32,902 bases of DNA from positions 1 to 32,902 of the forward strand of contig NW_024705588.1 of the NCBI RefSeq assembly GCF_018977255.1, given 5' to 3'. The DNA is from Callorhinchus milii (lineage: Eukaryota). Below, one piece after another: positions 1 through 12,600 of this stretch. A program made the position numbers and the translations under genes. Below the pieces are notes generated by a model that saw only the letters and a program-made list of their open reading frames with translations, had not been told where the DNA came from and searched no databases. Within the stretch, counting starts at the first letter, position 1. Each line of letters begins with the position of its first letter.

Positions 1-164
1 TTCAAGGTGAGGTGCACGGACAGTGGCCACTGGGAGGAGGGCGGCTGCGTGCCCGTGCAGTGCCCCCGCTGCCGCCAGTGCTGCACGGCTCCTACACGTG
101 CACGCAGCGCTGGCAGCTCGGCTCCCGCTGCTGGGTCAACTGCAGCACCGCCAGCGCCAGCAAG
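1..164 (+). CDS. PAPPA: Pappalysin-family exon (partial; begins before window), sushi/CCP region
   Basis: Joining two frames across a 1-nt deletion in a C run (~63-67) gives FKVRCTDSGHWEEGGCVPVQCP-PLPPVLHGSYTCTQRWQLGSRCWVNCSTASASK, matching the pappalysin CCP cysteine pattern as recalled; ends AAG|GT at 164/165. PAPPA vs PAPPA2 not resolved. Confidence 0.85.
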
Positions 165-169
165 GTCCC

Positions 170-445
170 GCACACCTCGCACGAGCACAAAGATCCCCCC
201 CCGCCCCCACGTAGCCTCGACGGACTTGTTGTTGGGGGCACGTGCTGTCAGCACGAGGGGGTCGGTGGGCAGCAGCGCGCCCGGCCGCGTCTGTGTCTCT
301 GGCGTGGCGATGGTGACCACACGCCGCCGCGCCACACACTCGTGGCCTGGGGGAGGCCCAGCACCGCTTCAGATAATCGTCACTGGTGTTGGCCTGAGCG
401 GAATCGAACCGGGTCGCCGGGTTCGTAGCGCAGCGTAGCGCACAC
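170..445 (-). mobile_element. tRNA-derived SINE (diverged)
   Basis: Reverse complement has ctacgaacccggcgacccggttcgattcc (B box), ggccaacaccagtgacgattatctgaa and gcggccgggcg..gctgcccacc, shared with the 28587 and 32704 copies. Confidence 0.75.
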
Positions 446-468
446 GCACACCACCCACATGACACACA

Positions 469-499
<31 letters not shown>

Positions 500-500
500 A

Positions 501-3500
501 CAACAACAACAACCGCCATTCGCCACTAAGTGGCGGTGACGTCACCACGACGCTTGTGCCAGGCCAAGTGCACCTTGAGGCCACGTGAAGTGTCGAACGC
601 CCGCTGGCAGGAGGTCACGGGGCAGACCCAGGTGCCACGGGTCGACTGACCGAGATGACCGAGATGACTGGCTGATGCACCACCTGTGCCCCCTACTGTG
701 CCAACTTGCTGTGCTTTAGCCACCCGGCGCTCCGCTCGTTGTTGTGAGCGTCGCTCCTCCGCCCTCCGTTGTTGTTGGAGGGCGACTGCCTCCAACTGCC
801 CAGTAGCGTCCTTCACGAGCCTCCTCCACTGAGGCCGATCTTGACACCGCTGGTACCAGTCATCGGCAAGTCCACTCAGCTCCACGTCCTCCTGTACCAC
901 ATCACTCCATCTCTTCTCTAGCCCGTGCCGCGCCCGTTAGCCCCCTCGATCCGGCCGAACAAAAGCTGTTTAGGCATGCGGTGGCTGGGCATGCGGGCTA
1001 CATGACCCAGCCAACGCAGCCTTGCCTGCCGGAGGAGCTCACCGATGGGACTTTGCCCAGATCTTTCAAGGATTTGTGAGCTCCTCACACAATCCAGCCT
1101 GGTTAAACCCAGGATGGATCGTAGGCAGGCCAGCCTAAATGTTTCCAACCGGCGAAGATGCTCCATTAGGGGGGTCCACGTTTCGCAAGCGTAGAGAAGG
1201 GAGGGAATGACCGTGGCCGAGAAGACCTGAAGCTTCGTGCGGAGCGACAGACCAGGTAGCTTCCACACAGCGTTACGCAACCGATGAAAAGATATTGCCG
1301 CTCGACTGATTCGGAGTGAGACCTCTGCTGTAAACTGGAGCCGGTCATAAGCACACTGCCCAGGTATGGGAAACTCTCCACTCTCTCCACAACTGCCCCA
1401 TCACCAATTGGGAGTTGTGGGGGTGGAGTGTCCGATGGTACAAAATACCCAGGCAGGTGCTTAGTTTTGGTGGGGCTGATGGTAAGGCCCCACCTCTTAG
1501 TGGCACGCTCCAGTCTCAGCAGCAGCGTCTCCAACTCCTCTCTGAATGAGCAGCTATTACCAAATCATCGGCATACATAACGTGGTTGACCAATAGGGAG
1601 CCATCCCTTGATCGCACCCGGGCATCGATCAGCCTCCCATTATATCTGTACCAAATGGAAATTCCCCGGTACAGCTATTGAAGGCTTCACGAACTACGCG
1701 GTCAAAATAGATGTTAAATAATGTGGGAGCCAGAGGACATCCCTGTCGCACCCCAAGGTGTACAGGGAAAGGCTCGACTCCCGGCCACGTAGTTTTACCC
1801 GGGCCCGCTCACCATCATGAAGGTCCTTAATGATCGTGAGCAGAGGGTCAGGGACTCCGAAAGCACGAAGAACAACCCAGAGCCCAGCCTACTGATGGTA
1901 TCATAGGCCTTGACCAGGTCAATAAAGCAGAGATGTAGGTCTTGTTGGAATTCCCTACACCTCTGCTGTAGCAGACGGACAGAAAATATGGCATCTGTGC
2001 AGGACCGCCCTTTCCTGAAACCGCATTGGGGCTCCGCAAGCCTCTCCTCAGCGTGCCTAGCAAGGCGATGTTGAATAATCCTTGCCAGGACCTTTCCCGG
2101 CACACTGAGGAGTGAGATGCCCCTGTAGTTGTTACAGTCTGTGCGGTCCCCCTTCTTAAAGAGGGGGACCACCAGGGCATCCTTCCATCCTGCGGAACCC
2201 GTCCAGTGGTCCAGACTGTTGTTATGATGTCATATAGGGCAGTCTGTGCACAAACGCCACCCTCCCTCAGCATTTCGCTTGGGAGATCATCTCTGCCCGG
2301 TGCCTTCCTGGTCTCAGACTCCGGATCGCCTCAGTACTTCCTCAACAGATGGCACCTCAGCCAGCCACTCACAGGGGGTGACCTCTTCCAATATTTGAGG
2401 CACCGCAGCCTCAGCAGGGTTATCCCACTTTGTGCCATGATGTTTTCCTGGCTGAGAGATTTCCCTCCCCCAGGACCTCACAGAAATGCTCAGCAAATCT
2501 GCAAACCTGTTCCTGGGGGTCGGAGATTGGATCACCGTTTTTTCCTCTAATGATGGTAATAGGTGTGGCGCTGCAGGTTACTTTTTTGATGGAGTTAAAT
2601 AGTGATTTGTGATCGCGGGCCACTGAGGCAGACTCCATCTCCTCAGCAACCCGCGACCACCACCCATCCTTGCAGCGCCTTACGGCTCTCCGAACTCCGA
2701 GCGAAGGCTGCGGTAAACCTCCTCATTCTCTGACGTGGGATGCTGTAGCGATGAGAGTGGGCCTGTCGCTTTTTCTCAATATCCTGAACACCTCCTCTGT
2801 CAGCCAGGGTTCTGGGAGGTCTGGACCGCGTACCCAAAGCAGCCATTGCAGCTGCATGAGTCACAGTCTAAACCTCGCCCATTTACCCTCGACATCAGGA
2901 GGAGTGGGGGACGATGCCAACCCCAGCTGCAAGCGATGATGAAATTCTCGCTTGCAACTTTCATCAGCTAACTGAGACCAGGCCACTTTGGTTGGAATGG
3001 GGTCCTGGGTGTACACCCACCACCGGAGTGGAAGAATGGCAGGCGCATCTTACAGATGACTAGTCGATGGTCAGAGGGCAGATCAGCTCCACGGTAGGTC
3101 CTGGTGTCAAGGACATGGGCTCGCATCCGCTGGTCCGTCACTATGTAGTCCAGCAGATGTTCTTGCTTGGACCCGGCATGCATCCATGATGTTGTGTGGA
3201 TGCGCCGATGCCGGAAGAGCGTGTTGGTAATTACAAGCCCATGGGCTGCACAAAAATCTAGCAGCCTCCTACCGTTGTTATTGAGCTGATCTGGCCCATG
3301 CCTTCCAATCACTCCAGACCAGGTGCAGCATCATGACCAACTCGGGCATTGAAGTCACCCAACAAGATGACTCTGTCCGAGTGGCCACTTTAGCCAGCAC
3401 CTGTGACAGGAGGTCATAGAAGCATCTGACTCATCGGCTTGCCTGCATCCCTCCACGGATGTTCGTCTTCGGTGGGGCATAAGTAACCACGACCACCACT

Positions 3501-4014
3501 CCTCGCCTCGGTTGATGGGAAGGCGAGCCCAAAGTAGCCTGGGGCTTACAGCTTCCCACACCTCACCGCCACGCTCCCACGCCCCTTCATTTTTTGTTCA
3601 GAAGAAGAGCCACCCCTGTTGTTTGGCAGTCTCCTGCCCCGAGTAGAGGACTTTCCACCCTCATGGTGGCAGGAGCCAGAGCCGGTCCACCGGACCTCCT
3701 GAATGCCACAGAGATCCAGGCGGTACCGGTCCAGCTCCCGACAGAGGAGTGGCAGCCTCTCCTCCGCAGTGAGCGTTCGAACATTCCACGTGGCCACACG
3801 AAGTGGCTTTTTGTTGTTTCTGGAGGAGCCCCCGAGGGTGAAGATTCAATCTCCTGGCTCCGCCAAATGGGGTTTGGCCAGGAGACGTCATAGACGCCTG
3901 TCCCCCGGGGCCTCCGGCACAAGCTTAGTTATATGTTTACGTGGTTTAGTGTATTAATTGAAGTGGAGGGTTACCACCCCTCGCACCGTCCAGAGCCCCA
4001 CAGCACGTGGTGGC
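501..4014 (-). mobile_element. RTE-clade non-LTR retrotransposon, near full length (copy 1)
   Basis: APE motifs (ATWNVRTL, GIQEVRW, LLDYIV, SDHRLV); RT motifs (KKGDRTDCNNYRGISLL, QCGFRKGRSCTD, FIDLVKAYD, YADD at ~1565-1576); YACETW and RLRWLGHVARM; C-terminal C2H2 finger; (GTT)n(GT)n tail. 5' boundary approximate. Confidence 0.93.
526..3797 (-). pseudogene. RTE single ORF (APE-RT-C2H2 zinc finger), broken by multiple 1-nt indels
   Basis: Collinear ORF fragments in the track (3546-3797, 2968-3312, 1795-2273, 1166-1534, 918-1280, 526-900); ends CPVTSCQRAFDTSRGLKVHLAWH..TAT-stop. Confidence 0.85.
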
Positions 4015-6215
4015 ACACACCGTGACAACACACAGTGACACACACACAAGTGACACACACACAGACACACACACACAGACACACACAGTACACACCAGAC
4101 AGTGACACACACACATGGAGTGACACACACACACACGGAGTGACACACACACACACGGAGTGACACACACACACATTTACAGTGACACACACTACAGTGA
4201 CACACACACAGTGACACACATACAGTGACACACACACAGTGACACACACACAGTGACACACACACACACACAGTGACACACACACACATATACAGTGACA
4301 CACACACACACCTACAGTGACACACACACACATTTACAGTGACACACATTTACAGTGACACACACTTTACAGTAACACACATTTACAGTGGCACACACAT
4401 GAACAGTGACATACACATTTACAGTAACACACACACACATTTACAGTGACACACACATTTACAGTACACACACACACATTTACAGTGACACACACATTTA
4501 CAGTGACACACACATTTACAGTGACACACACATTTACAGTGACACACACATTTACAGTGACACACACATTTACAGTGACACTCAGATTTACAGTAACACA
4601 CACACATTATACAGTGACACACACACACATTTACAGTAATACACACACACACATTTACAGTGACCACACACACATTTACAGTAACACACACACACATTTA
4701 CAGTAACACCACACACAGTGACACACACACACAGTGACACACACAGTGACACACACATTTACAGTAACACACACACATTAACAGTGACACACACATTTAC
4801 AGTAACACACACACATTAACAGTGACACACACATACATTTACAGTAACACACACACATTTACAGTAACACACACACATTAACAGTGACACACACATTTAC
4901 AGTAACACACACACATTAACAGTGACACACACATTAACAGTGACACACACACACATTTACAGTAACACACACACATTTACAGTAACACACACACATTAAC
5001 AGTGACACACACATTTACAGTAACACACACACATTAACAGTGACACACACACACATTAACAGTGACACACACATTTACAGTAACACACACACATTAACAG
5101 TAACACACACACACATTTACAGTAACACACACACATTTACAGTGACACACACATTTACAGTGACACACACATTAACAGTGACACACACATTTACATAACA
5201 CACACACACATTAACAGTGACACACACACATTAACAGTGACACACACACACATTTACAGTACACACACACATTTACAGTAACACACACATTTACAGTAAC
5301 ACACACACATTTACAGTAACACACACATTTACAGTGACACACACATTTACAGTAACACACACATTAACAGTGACACACACACATTTACAGTGACACACAC
5401 ATTTACAGTGACACACACATTAACAGTACACACACACATTTACAGTAACACACACACATTTACAGTGACACACACATTTACAGTAACACACACATTAACA
5501 GTGACACACACACATTTACAGTACACACACACATTTACAGTGACACACATTTACAGTACACACACACATTTACAGTGACACACACATTTACAGTAACACA
5601 CACACACATTTACAGTGACACACACACATTTACAGTGACACACACACATTTACAGTGACACACACATTTACAGTGACACACATTTACAGTAACACACACA
5701 CATTATACAATGACACACACATTAACAGTGACACACACATTTACAGTGACACACACATTTACAGTGACACACACATTTACAGTGACACACACATTTACAG
5801 TGACACACATTTACAGTAACACACACACATTATACAATGACACACATTTACAGTGACACACACATTAACAGTGACACACACATTTACAGTGACACACACA
5901 TTATACAGTGACACACAGATTTACAGTAACACACACATTTACAGTGACACACACACATTTACAGTGACACACATTTACAGTGACACACACACACACATTT
6001 ACAGTGACACACACACACATTTACAGTAACACACACACATTTACAGTAACACACACACATTTACAGTGACACACATTAACAGTGACACCACACACATTAC
6101 AGTGACACACACACATTTACAGTGACACACACACATTTACAGTATGACACACACACATTTACAGTATGACACACATTTACAGTGACACACACACACATTT
6201 ACAGTGACACACACG
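4015..6215. repeat. CA-rich minisatellite, ~16-22 bp unit (catttacagtgacacaca)
   Basis: Direct tandem repetition with a variable (CA)n spacer. Confidence 0.95.
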
Positions 6216-6864
6216 CACTCTGAATATGCACTAAGTTTCACGGGGACCTCTGTGGCTGTTATTGTTTTTCCCGGGGGCCATTTATACGTTCAGTGCCTTC
6301 CCTTGAGCGTGTTTGCAACCTCCCCTTTCTGATGCCTTAGGAATGACACTGTAACTGTCGTACAGGAATTGCACGCAATGGTTTACATGGGTTTGGAAAC
6401 ATGGAATGCTGGAAAAAATAAAATGGTTACAATAGTGGAACAGTGCGCCAAAGAAGTGTGGATAGGTGCGTGCACGGCGCAGGTTGGATGCACCATGCTA
6501 GCGGCTGGGAGCAGCACGTGGGCTTGGGCAGGAGGCCGTCACGCGTGGGATGATGGCCTCGTGACGGTCGAGATTCATGACGGATTGGCAGCCAGTGAGG
6601 GGACCGGGGAGATGGAGCGGAAAAAGACAGCTGGCGTGTGTGAGTACGAGATGGATTGCCACATTGCAGGACAAGGGAGATGATGAAGGCTTGGGGGGGG
6701 GGGAGAGGCCTTTCATCCAGCATTGAATTGACTGAAGATGATGATGAATGCATCAGCTGATTTATATCATATTTGGGTATTGCCAAACTCATGATGTTGA
6801 TTAGATGCCTCGAGGCATTGCAATTGATGTTACTCATGAGTTGACAAGTGTGCGCGTGTGTGTG

Positions 6865-7433
6865 TGAAAGATCTGGGCAAAGTCCATCGGTGAGCTCCTC
6901 CGGCAGGCGAGGCTGCGTTGGCTGGGTCATGTAGCCCGCATGCCCAGCCACCGCATGCCTAAACAGCTTTGTTTGGCCGGATAGAGGGGGCTAAACGGGC
7001 GCGGCACGGGCTAGAGAAGAGATGGAGTGATGTGGTACAGGAGGACGTGGAGCTGAGTGGACTTGCCGATGACTGGTACCAGCGGTGTCAAGATCGGCCT
7101 CAGTGGAGGAGGCTCGTGAAGGACGCTACTGGGCAGTTGGAGGCAGTCGCCCTCCAACAACAACGGAGGGCGGAGGAGCGACGCTCACAACAACGAGCGG
7201 AGCGCCGGGTGGCTAAAGCACAGCAAGTTTGTACAGTAGGGGGCACAGGTGGTGCATCAGCCAGTCATCTCGGTCATCTCGGTCAGTCGACCCGTGGCAC
7301 CTGCTGGGTCTGCCCCGTGACCTCCTGCCAGCGGGCGTTCGACACTTCACGTGGCCTCAAGGTGCACTTGGCCTGGCACAAGCGTCGTGGTGACGTCACC
7401 GCCACTTAGTGGCGAATGGCGGTTGTTGTTGTT
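6865..7433 (+). mobile_element. 5'-truncated RTE copy 2
   Basis: Near-identical to the reverse complement of ~505-1068; starts directly after gtgtgtgtg and ends in gttgttgttgttgtgtgtg, about 20 nt before a pappalysin acceptor. Confidence 0.93.
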
Positions 7434-7457
7434 GTGTGTGTCTCTGTATTGGACCAG

Positions 7458-7599
7458 CAGAACCACACAGTGATCCGGTGCAGCAAGAATGGACGCTGGA
7501 GTGGGGAACTGCAGCTGTGCCCGCACGAGCAGGGCGAGTGCACCGCCCCGGACCCTCCGTTCATCATCACATGCGACTGCCCTACCGGATACGGAATAG
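7458..7599 (+). CDS. PAPPA: Pappalysin-family exon, CCP4/CCP5 region
   Basis: Acceptor ggaccag| (alternative NAGNAG start at 7461); encodes (Q)NHTVIRCSKNGRWSGELQLCPHEQGECTAPDPPFIITCDCPTGYGI-G; donor g|gtaac at 7600. Confidence 0.88.
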
Positions 7600-7789
7600 G
7601 TAACGGCGTAGCTGGCTTCTCAAACATATTTGTATATTTTGTTGAGTATTTATGGGGTATGGGGGTAGTAGCACAGCAGCGGTAGACACGCCTCGAATGG
7701 ATGTGTGTGAAAAAGAGCTTCGTAACTCATCGGATTCTTCCAATATAAAATGAATATTCTGATTCTGTGTGGTGTGTATAGTGGGAGTG

Positions 7790-8090
7790 ATACTGATCCA
7801 CCCACCCCCTCATGGTGCTCACTGACAGCACTTGCCCCTGCAGTCTTTGAGACTATACCGGTGATCTCTTCCATAGCTGTAGTGTCGTGGGCAGCGTGCA
7901 AACCGGCAACCGAGTTCGTTTCCGGCTTGCGGCTAATATTCAGCGACGAATATCTGAACCAGTCCTGGGCCTCCACTGGGTCAACTCAGCCTGAAATGAG
8001 TACTTGGTGTGTGACGTGTGAGCAGGCGTGGTGCTGACCACCCACCCCCCCCCCCCCGGCCTTCATAGGTGCTCACTAGCGAACTTGCCC
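7790..8090 (+). mobile_element. Diverged tRNA-derived SINE fragments
   Basis: gagttcgtttcc, tctgaaccagtcctgggcctcc, gtcaactcagcctgaaatgagtacttggt, gcgtggtgctgaccacccacccc; an extra 3' piece at ~7795-7850. Confidence 0.65.
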
Positions 8091-8246
8091 AAGCAGCTTG
8101 CTAAAGGCTATATTTTGTCTTTTATATATATACAAGGTGGCACTGGAACATTGAGATTATTTGGTTTGAAATCCACAGAAAGAAAATTTGAAAAAAGAAA
8201 GAAAATTTGAAAAACGTCTTTTTTCTAATTTTCTTGCGGTGGATTT

Positions 8247-8378
8247 CACACCTGATGATGATTGCTGCTTGTGTTGCAGTCGAAACGTCGTGAGAATTTT
8301 TTTTGTTTTATATTCATATTATTTTATTATCTCCCTTCTACGTGACTTTACCGAAAGAACCAAGAACACACGTTTGAA
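8247..8378 (+). mobile_element. Penelope-like non-autonomous fragment with hammerhead motif
   Basis: Hammerhead core, then AT-rich tract and ctacgtgactttaccgaaagaaccaagaa, shared with the 18008, 25150 and 30068 elements. Confidence 0.65.
8249..8292 (+). ncRNA. Minimal type I hammerhead ribozyme motif
   Basis: cac CTGATGA t gattgc-loop-gcagtc GAAA CGTC gtg. Confidence 0.65.
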
Positions 8379-8845
8379 TGTAGAACCAAACGATGGACAA
8401 CAGCTGGTGAACAATGTTGTACATTGTACCTGAGAAATGTATCAACCAAATAATCTCAATGTTCCAGTTCCACCTTGTATATATATATAAAGACAAAGAT
8501 TCCCCCATAGAGCCTTTAGCAAGCTTCCCCATCGTTTGGTTCCACATTCAAACGGGAGTTGCTTTTAATTGAAATTCTCTCTCGCACCTCCCCGCGAGTT
8601 TTGCGTCTTGGGTTTGGGCCTGTGCGTGTCTGTTCGGCACGGCGGTTCCAACACTTCACCCGACGTGTCGGGGGCTTCTTCGGGGGAAGTGAATGAAGAA
8701 GGTCCCAGCACGTGGAGTGAAACGTCGGGCATCGTGCCAGGCTAAAAGGCACGACGGGCAAAACTCAGAAGACACAGCGGAGAGAGCTTTGTGTCGTAAC
8801 CTACGCGGTGGCAAATCCACTTGCAGTTGCCACTTGCTGCTGCTA

Positions 8846-9020
8846 CGTGTGTGTGTCTGTGTGTGTGTATGTGTGTCTGTGTGTGTGTCTCTGTGTGTGT
8901 CTCTGTGTGTCTGTGTGTGTGTCTCTGTGTCACTGTGTGTGTGTCACTGTGTCTCTGTGTGTGTGTCACTGTGTGTATGTGTGTGTGTCTGTGTATATGT
9001 GCCTGTGTGTCTGTGTGTGC
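8846..9020. repeat. Degenerate (TG)n microsatellite
   Basis: Direct observation. Confidence 0.9.
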
Positions 9021-9682
9021 CACTTGTAGCTTTACAAAGGAGAGTAAATTTGCTCCATTTTTTTTGTTCACTTTTCTTGAAGGGGGATTTTCCAAATCGT
9101 TGTGCTCGTGGGGGAATAAAAAAATGCCACCTTGTCAATCGAAGTTTTCCAGTTTCTTAAAAAGCTTCGGCTTTACAACGATTGGTCGGTCAAGGTGTTG
9201 CCCACTCCGTCTCTCTGCTCAGAAGGTCCATTGCCCCGACATATCAGTCTCCTCCTGTACAGATTTGTTCCCGTTGTAAGGCAACGGTCATCACGAAAGT
9301 GTGGAGAGAAGTTTTTGAAACTGTCATCCTCGCAATCGCCGCAACTGCCAATCTCGGCGCTCTATCCATTAGGCGCACGAATCGATCTCATCTTTGGCCG
9401 CCCCACGGCACAGCCCCGAATCTCTGCCGCCGGACCGCACTCCGTGACGCTTGTCATTTCGTGCGGAAGAACATTTCACTTTAGTGGGGAACAACAGTCG
9501 GTCGTAATTATGATCATTTTAATTCAAAGGGTGCCCTTAATTTGATCCCAGAATACCAAGCGTGTTAAAGATGAATGACTCAGTGCGAGGTAATGAGGGA
9601 GAGAATGACTCGAGGGACAAGATGGAGGACTCGAGAGAGAGGCCCTTTGAAACAGGACGGGTCTTCCGCAGGGACTTAGAAG

Positions 9683-10079
9683 CAGAGGTCGCAACCGGGT
9701 ACCCGATACCCGCACCCTACCCGATACCCGGCTACCCGTACCCGGCCGGGTAGCGGGTATCGGGTACCGTTTGCGACCCTGGTGCGGCCGGGTACGCGTA
9801 GACCGTGAGTCACAGGTGAGTCACCGTTTGTCGCTCATTTCCCAACGTCTTGTCTCTTCTCACAATTCAAGTTCCTAGAATCAACCCACCCGCGCCTGCA
9901 ACATGGCTTCGTCCCAGAGGTCACAATCGGATACCGATACCCGTACCCTACCCGTACCGTACTCTACCCGTACCCGGCCGGGTACGGGTAGGGTACGGGT
10001 ACGGCCGGGTACGGGTACCCGTTTGCGACCCTGGTGCGGCCGGGTACGGTAGGGAATCAAAACCCGTTTGCGACCTCTG
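9683..10079. mobile_element. Non-autonomous hAT-type DNA transposon (MITE)
   Basis: 17-bp TIRs cagaggtcgcaa(c/a)cggg with one mismatch; perfect 8-bp TSD cttagaag at 9675-9682 and 10080-10087; many tacccg/cgggta subterminal motifs. Confidence 0.85.
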
Positions 10080-10376
10080 CTTAGAAGGTCTCCATTGACT
10101 CTTTTTGAGCTCCGAGGGCACACTCGGGGCGCCGTGCAGACACAAAATCTCGATCGCTACAGATTCCGAGTCGTCCAACGGCAAGCGCCTCGTGACGGTG
10201 AACGTGTATGTGTGTTGAACTGCTTTAGCAACGCACGTAGCACGCCATGCTCATCGGAAGTACGGCGGGGGGGGGAGGGTGTGAGGACAACAAACTAAAC
10301 ACAAGAAGCAGTTCAACATCTACACGTGATGACGACGATGGCGGTGGTGATGGGTTTGGTGTCTCCCTGTTGCCAG

Positions 10377-10504
10377 GATCCGTGTGCAAACAAGCTGCCT
10401 GATCCCACACAGCGACTCCGTTTGCTCCCTGAGAATGTCACCGTCCCGGAGAAGATCACCGCCCGTCGCTGCCGCACTGGTGGACACTCCCCACCAAAGT
10501 TGAG
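10377..10504 (+). CDS. PAPPA: Pappalysin-family exon, CCP5 region (frameshifted in this assembly)
   Basis: Acceptor ctccctgttgccag|; phase fits previous exon; correcting 1-nt deletions reads (G)SVCKTSCLIPHSDSVLLPENVTVPEKIT..LPHWWTLPTKVE; donor gag|gtcgtc at 10505. Confidence 0.8.
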
Positions 10505-12531
10505 GTCGTCCTTTCTTGAAGCCGCGCGTGAGGATTTGCGTGCGGTGGGCACCCCCTCCCCCCTCAACCTTTCCCGTTCCGATGGCGTACGCACGTGTCA
10601 CGTGTGCGCCATCGGTTCTTTACAATTCCATTCTGTGGACGCCGTGTGTGATTCCGCTCCGATGACGTTCGTACACGTCAAGCCATGCTGGGGCGCGTGG
10701 GCACGGTTTTGCGCCAGCTATCGCAGAGTGAGGTCGTGTCGCTACAGTTCTCTGCATTGTGTTAAAAAACAGTGGCGCTATAACTCTCTAAATAACATTA
10801 ACACTGAACCTCGCATGTTCTGAAATTGGGCGGTGGAATGGGACCCACCACCCTGCAACTTGGAGACATCTCAGACACGGGAAAGGTTAAATGCCTCAGC
10901 AGCTGCAAGCGCCTTGCGTCACTCACACCTCGTCTCAACAATCCCAGTGCCCTGCTGCTGCAGGTTTACGCGCGAGTCTCCAGCGCGGCAGGGTGTTGCG
11001 ATATGGTTTTTCTCGATGAAGACATTGTGAGAAATTCATATGTGCCAGTGCACACACAACCTCTGTTTCTGGTGACCTCACGGGGATTTGAGGGTCCACT
11101 GCGAAACAAACGGTGCCATCTTCCTTGGTCGTAAAAACCCCCTGATTAACCAGGGGCGGTCCATGGGCTTGAAGCGCGAAAATCTGCAAGCAACGGAAAA
11201 TGCGCTGCTGGCTGCTGAGCCATGTCACCTTGTGTTGACATTGCGAGGATGTTTTTTTTTCGTCTGGCCATTCTTGAAACCGAGCTTTCTTGATTGTTTT
11301 ACAGTTGGCTTTAGACGGCTGCAGCGTTGGTTTAAATCACGGCGCGCTCCAGTTATGTGTCGGTATGAAGGTGTGTTCACGTTTTCATTGCACGCCTGCA
11401 TCTCCGTTATGAAGGGGAGGATAAATGGTTTTAAAACCAAAAGAAAGTCGCCAAGTTGAGTTCTACACTTTTGTGACAACGTGCGACAGCAGTCGCTTCA
11501 CGGTGCATCGACTGATCCTTATTAATATCGATTCTGCGAAATCCGCTTTCGAGGGCCGTTCTCTCAAGCGCACCTGCGATGAACGCCGTGGCTACGTACG
11601 ACGTGAAACAAGTTGAACATCACACGAGACCCGCTTTAAAGCGTGCCGGTGTAGCGGCAGCAATGGCGTCGTCACCAGCAGTGCAGAACGCGGCAAACAA
11701 CATCCGTATGCAGCGACACACTCGGAGAGACAGGGAAGTAGGAGGCACCTGTTTATTAGCAGCCTTCACGAGTACAAGGGCAACAACAACAACAACACAA
11801 CCCCAGTCAGGATGGCGGCAGACCGCCGGACTGACGAGCCCGAGAAGGTGAAGACATCGACGAAGACTCCATCAGCACGACGGGGGGATCCACTCCAAGC
11901 GACAGCCCCGAGCTTCCGTCTGGGTCCACTTTTATCCCTCCCGGCCACGCCCCCCTTCTAGAACGTACCAGCGGGTTCCCGGGCTCACCTCACGTGCCCC
12001 CCCCCCCCTGTCACCTTTCCCCGACACCCCTCTCTCTGACTTGTCACGTGACCTGCGACAGGCAGGGGCTGGCTGCTGGCTGCAACTGCAGATTCTCCCC
12101 TTCTCTGCCAGCAACCCGCGCTGTGCTACGTAGTGACCCATTCCATGTCAATGCACTTACAAATACATTAACGCCCCCTGCAGCACCCCCCCCACCGCCT
12201 CGGGTCCCTCTAACTGTAGGCCACAGTGATTGCATCACCTTTCTCCTATTCAAGACGGGAAACAGGTTGGAATTTTCTGAGAGCGCATGCCAGCGAACGA
12301 CGTGCTCGATTGCGAACGTGGCGGGCGTTTGCTCCCCAACACGCAACTGGCGGGGGGGGCTGAAGCAGTGACAAGTTGGCACGTACGTTCGCATGACAAA
12401 CCTTACCGATCGTCCGCGTGGGCGGATGTGGGGTGCACGACACAAATTGGGCATTTTACCAAGCCAAAGAGGTTTTTTTTAATCACGAGTAGTAAATGAT
12501 TCGATACGGAAATGTTCTTGTGAATCGACAG

Positions 12532-12600
12532 GAGATCGTCTGCACGGGGAAGAAGAGTGGCACCCCCCACCACGTGCCATCTACTGCTTCCAAATTGGAG
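12532..12600 (+). CDS. PAPPA: Pappalysin-family exon, end of CCP5
   Basis: Acceptor gacag|, strong donor gag|gtaag; reads EIVCTGKK.WHPPPRAIYCF...E after allowing small deletions, matching the pappalysin xVCTxxxxWxPxPxxxxC motif. Confidence 0.8.

Noticed and set aside
526..620. C2H2 zinc finger as a novel host-gene capture
   Set aside because: C-terminal C2H2 fingers are a known feature of many RTE-clade ORFs.
3830..4014. HDV-like ribozyme in the RTE 5'UTR
   Set aside because: A 9-bp hairpin (tctcctggc/gccaggaga) is present but I could not assemble the nested double pseudoknot by eye; it needs an RNArobo/Infernal search.
3946..6215. Cys/Val- or Thr/His-rich ORFs
   Set aside because: Translations of a CA/TG minisatellite in all frames; the same applies to 12764-15069 and 32049-32645.
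6369..6683. 104-aa ORF with a GLETW motif as an old LINE remnant
   Set aside because: One short motif only; no further RT motifs.
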